A stretch of DNA of 56,171 nucleotides, counting the filler, from Platydemus manokwari (Eukaryota): assembly GCA_037951405.1 (NCBI GenBank). It is 5 parts of 5 records of this genome, joined end to end, with 100 filler letters (N's around TTAATTAATTAA, not from the genome) between each part and the next. Parts side by side here need not be neighbours in the genome. Positions count along the whole stretch, not along the records: positions 43,413 to 56,171 come from JBBMOY011975822.1; 4 more parts are not named here. One strand, written 5' to 3'. Shown here one piece after another: positions 54,886 through 56,171 of this stretch; the stretch's first letter is position 1; every line of letters starts with the position of its first letter. Both the position numbers and the translations under genes were made by a program. The notes under the pieces are model-generated. The model was not told the DNA's origin and made no database searches. It saw only the letters and a list, made by a program, of their open reading frames with translations.

Positions 54886-56171
54886 CTAAAATTTAATTTA
54901 TTCATTTATAATATGAATAGATACTTTGATTAGTATTTTCAAAAATCTTTTGAATAACATCTCATTTAATGACATATTTTCTCATAGTCGTAGCAATTAC
55001 ATGGAAATACATTTATCAACAAAATGTTAATTTGAACTGCAGTCTCCATTTCATTCGTTTTACTGAATCATTTGCATTTTAAATTTAAATTTTACTACAA
55101 AGATTAAAAATTGACCCAAACTAAACGATATCATTTTATACTGGCCATGACCAACTATATTTAAATATTATTCACAAAGAAAGTCATTTTACGAGGCATA
55201 AAAAAGCTGTAATTACAGTCTTAGTTGAGGTTTCATTTCCGAATTTTTAATATACGAAATACGTGATAAAAATAAGATTTACACCTTTATCTCTTGATTT
55301 TCCTATTTAAGATCGTTAAAGCCTAAACATTAAGTCTCTAAATTATAAAAAATAATAATATAATTATTTCATTTCAAACTTTTTATTATTTGATTACGGT
55401 TTACTACAACGATAATTTAATAAACAGAAATTTAATTATTTGGATAGATTTTAATATAAAGCTTCTTTACTTAATCAGGTATTGCTTTCAAATCTCAATC
55501 ACCATCCTTTGTACATATAACTTGCTAATGAATAAAAAAGTGAAATCATATTATTAAATGACAAATATATTTTTCAAATAAATTAACAAAACTAACATCC
55601 CGTCTGATCATGTTGTTACATAAATTATGTTCACTTAATTGATGCTTATGTTTTTAATAAGTTAACGATAACTTCACAAATATCTGCATTTCTTGTTCTT
55701 TCTGGTATATTTTCAAGTTTAACAAACTCCTCATACATTTCATTATCTAACATGAAGTTCAAAAATGCTAATGCTCATTTTTAAAATTCTTTCATTATCA
55801 GTATTTCATCCTAGCAGCAATTCTTGGATATTTTGAATAATTATTTCATAATTATTAAAATATTGAAACAAACTGAGATGAACTATAAATAAAACGGTTT
55901 TAAAAATTCAGAAAATAGATTTGTTTGTCCATTTAATATACATTTTCAAAACTATTCTTCACCGCAATTTTTCATTCTTCACATATTTGGCTAATAGATT
56001 TGATTGATTTATAGCAGATTTTATTCATTGAGAGATTAATTCACTTCTTCAATTCATATTTATGTGAAAAATTTCTTCTTGAGTTTGTTTGGAAATATAT
56101 TATAGGGTTTTTTAAGTTTTAAAATAAATTTTGCACAATTTAAGATAATTATTTACATGAATAAGAGAATT

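Noticed and set aside
1-56171. CRISPR array, prokaryotic operon or defence system, rRNA or tRNA genes
   Set aside because: The sequence is eukaryotic with spliceosomal introns. I saw no regularly spaced repeat-spacer array and no recognisable rRNA or tRNA.

Overview
AT-rich metazoan (probably invertebrate) genomic DNA with GT-AG introns, many only 43-55 nt long. The window is five contigs joined by artificial 100-bp N44-TTAATTAATTAA-N44 linkers, so gene order across the linkers is unproven. Host genes reconstructed by hand: a mosaic Cys-rich gene with three VWC-like two-exon repeats plus a fibronectin type II exon (725-3598); a two-exon carotenoid oxygenase (BCO/RPE65/NinaB) fragment; six dynamin exons; a LicD/fukutin-related gene; the ZU5-UPA-death region of an UNC5-like receptor; a SAMD15-like gene; an intronless AGXT2; and the 3' exons of nardilysin. 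The rest is mostly decayed mobile DNA: RLE-type non-LTR elements, a Merlin/ISXO2 element with TIRs, a Helitron helicase, Gypsy gag-pro, Tc1/mariner and pogo remnants, a 71-bp TTAA-flanked MITE and a dispersed ~160-bp repeat. I found no clear-cut new biological system. The best leads are the FN2/VWC-like mosaic protein, a ~370-bp near-perfect inverted repeat bracketing the dynamin exons, the orphan carotenoid-oxygenase exons, and a shared repeat that follows two different LINEs.
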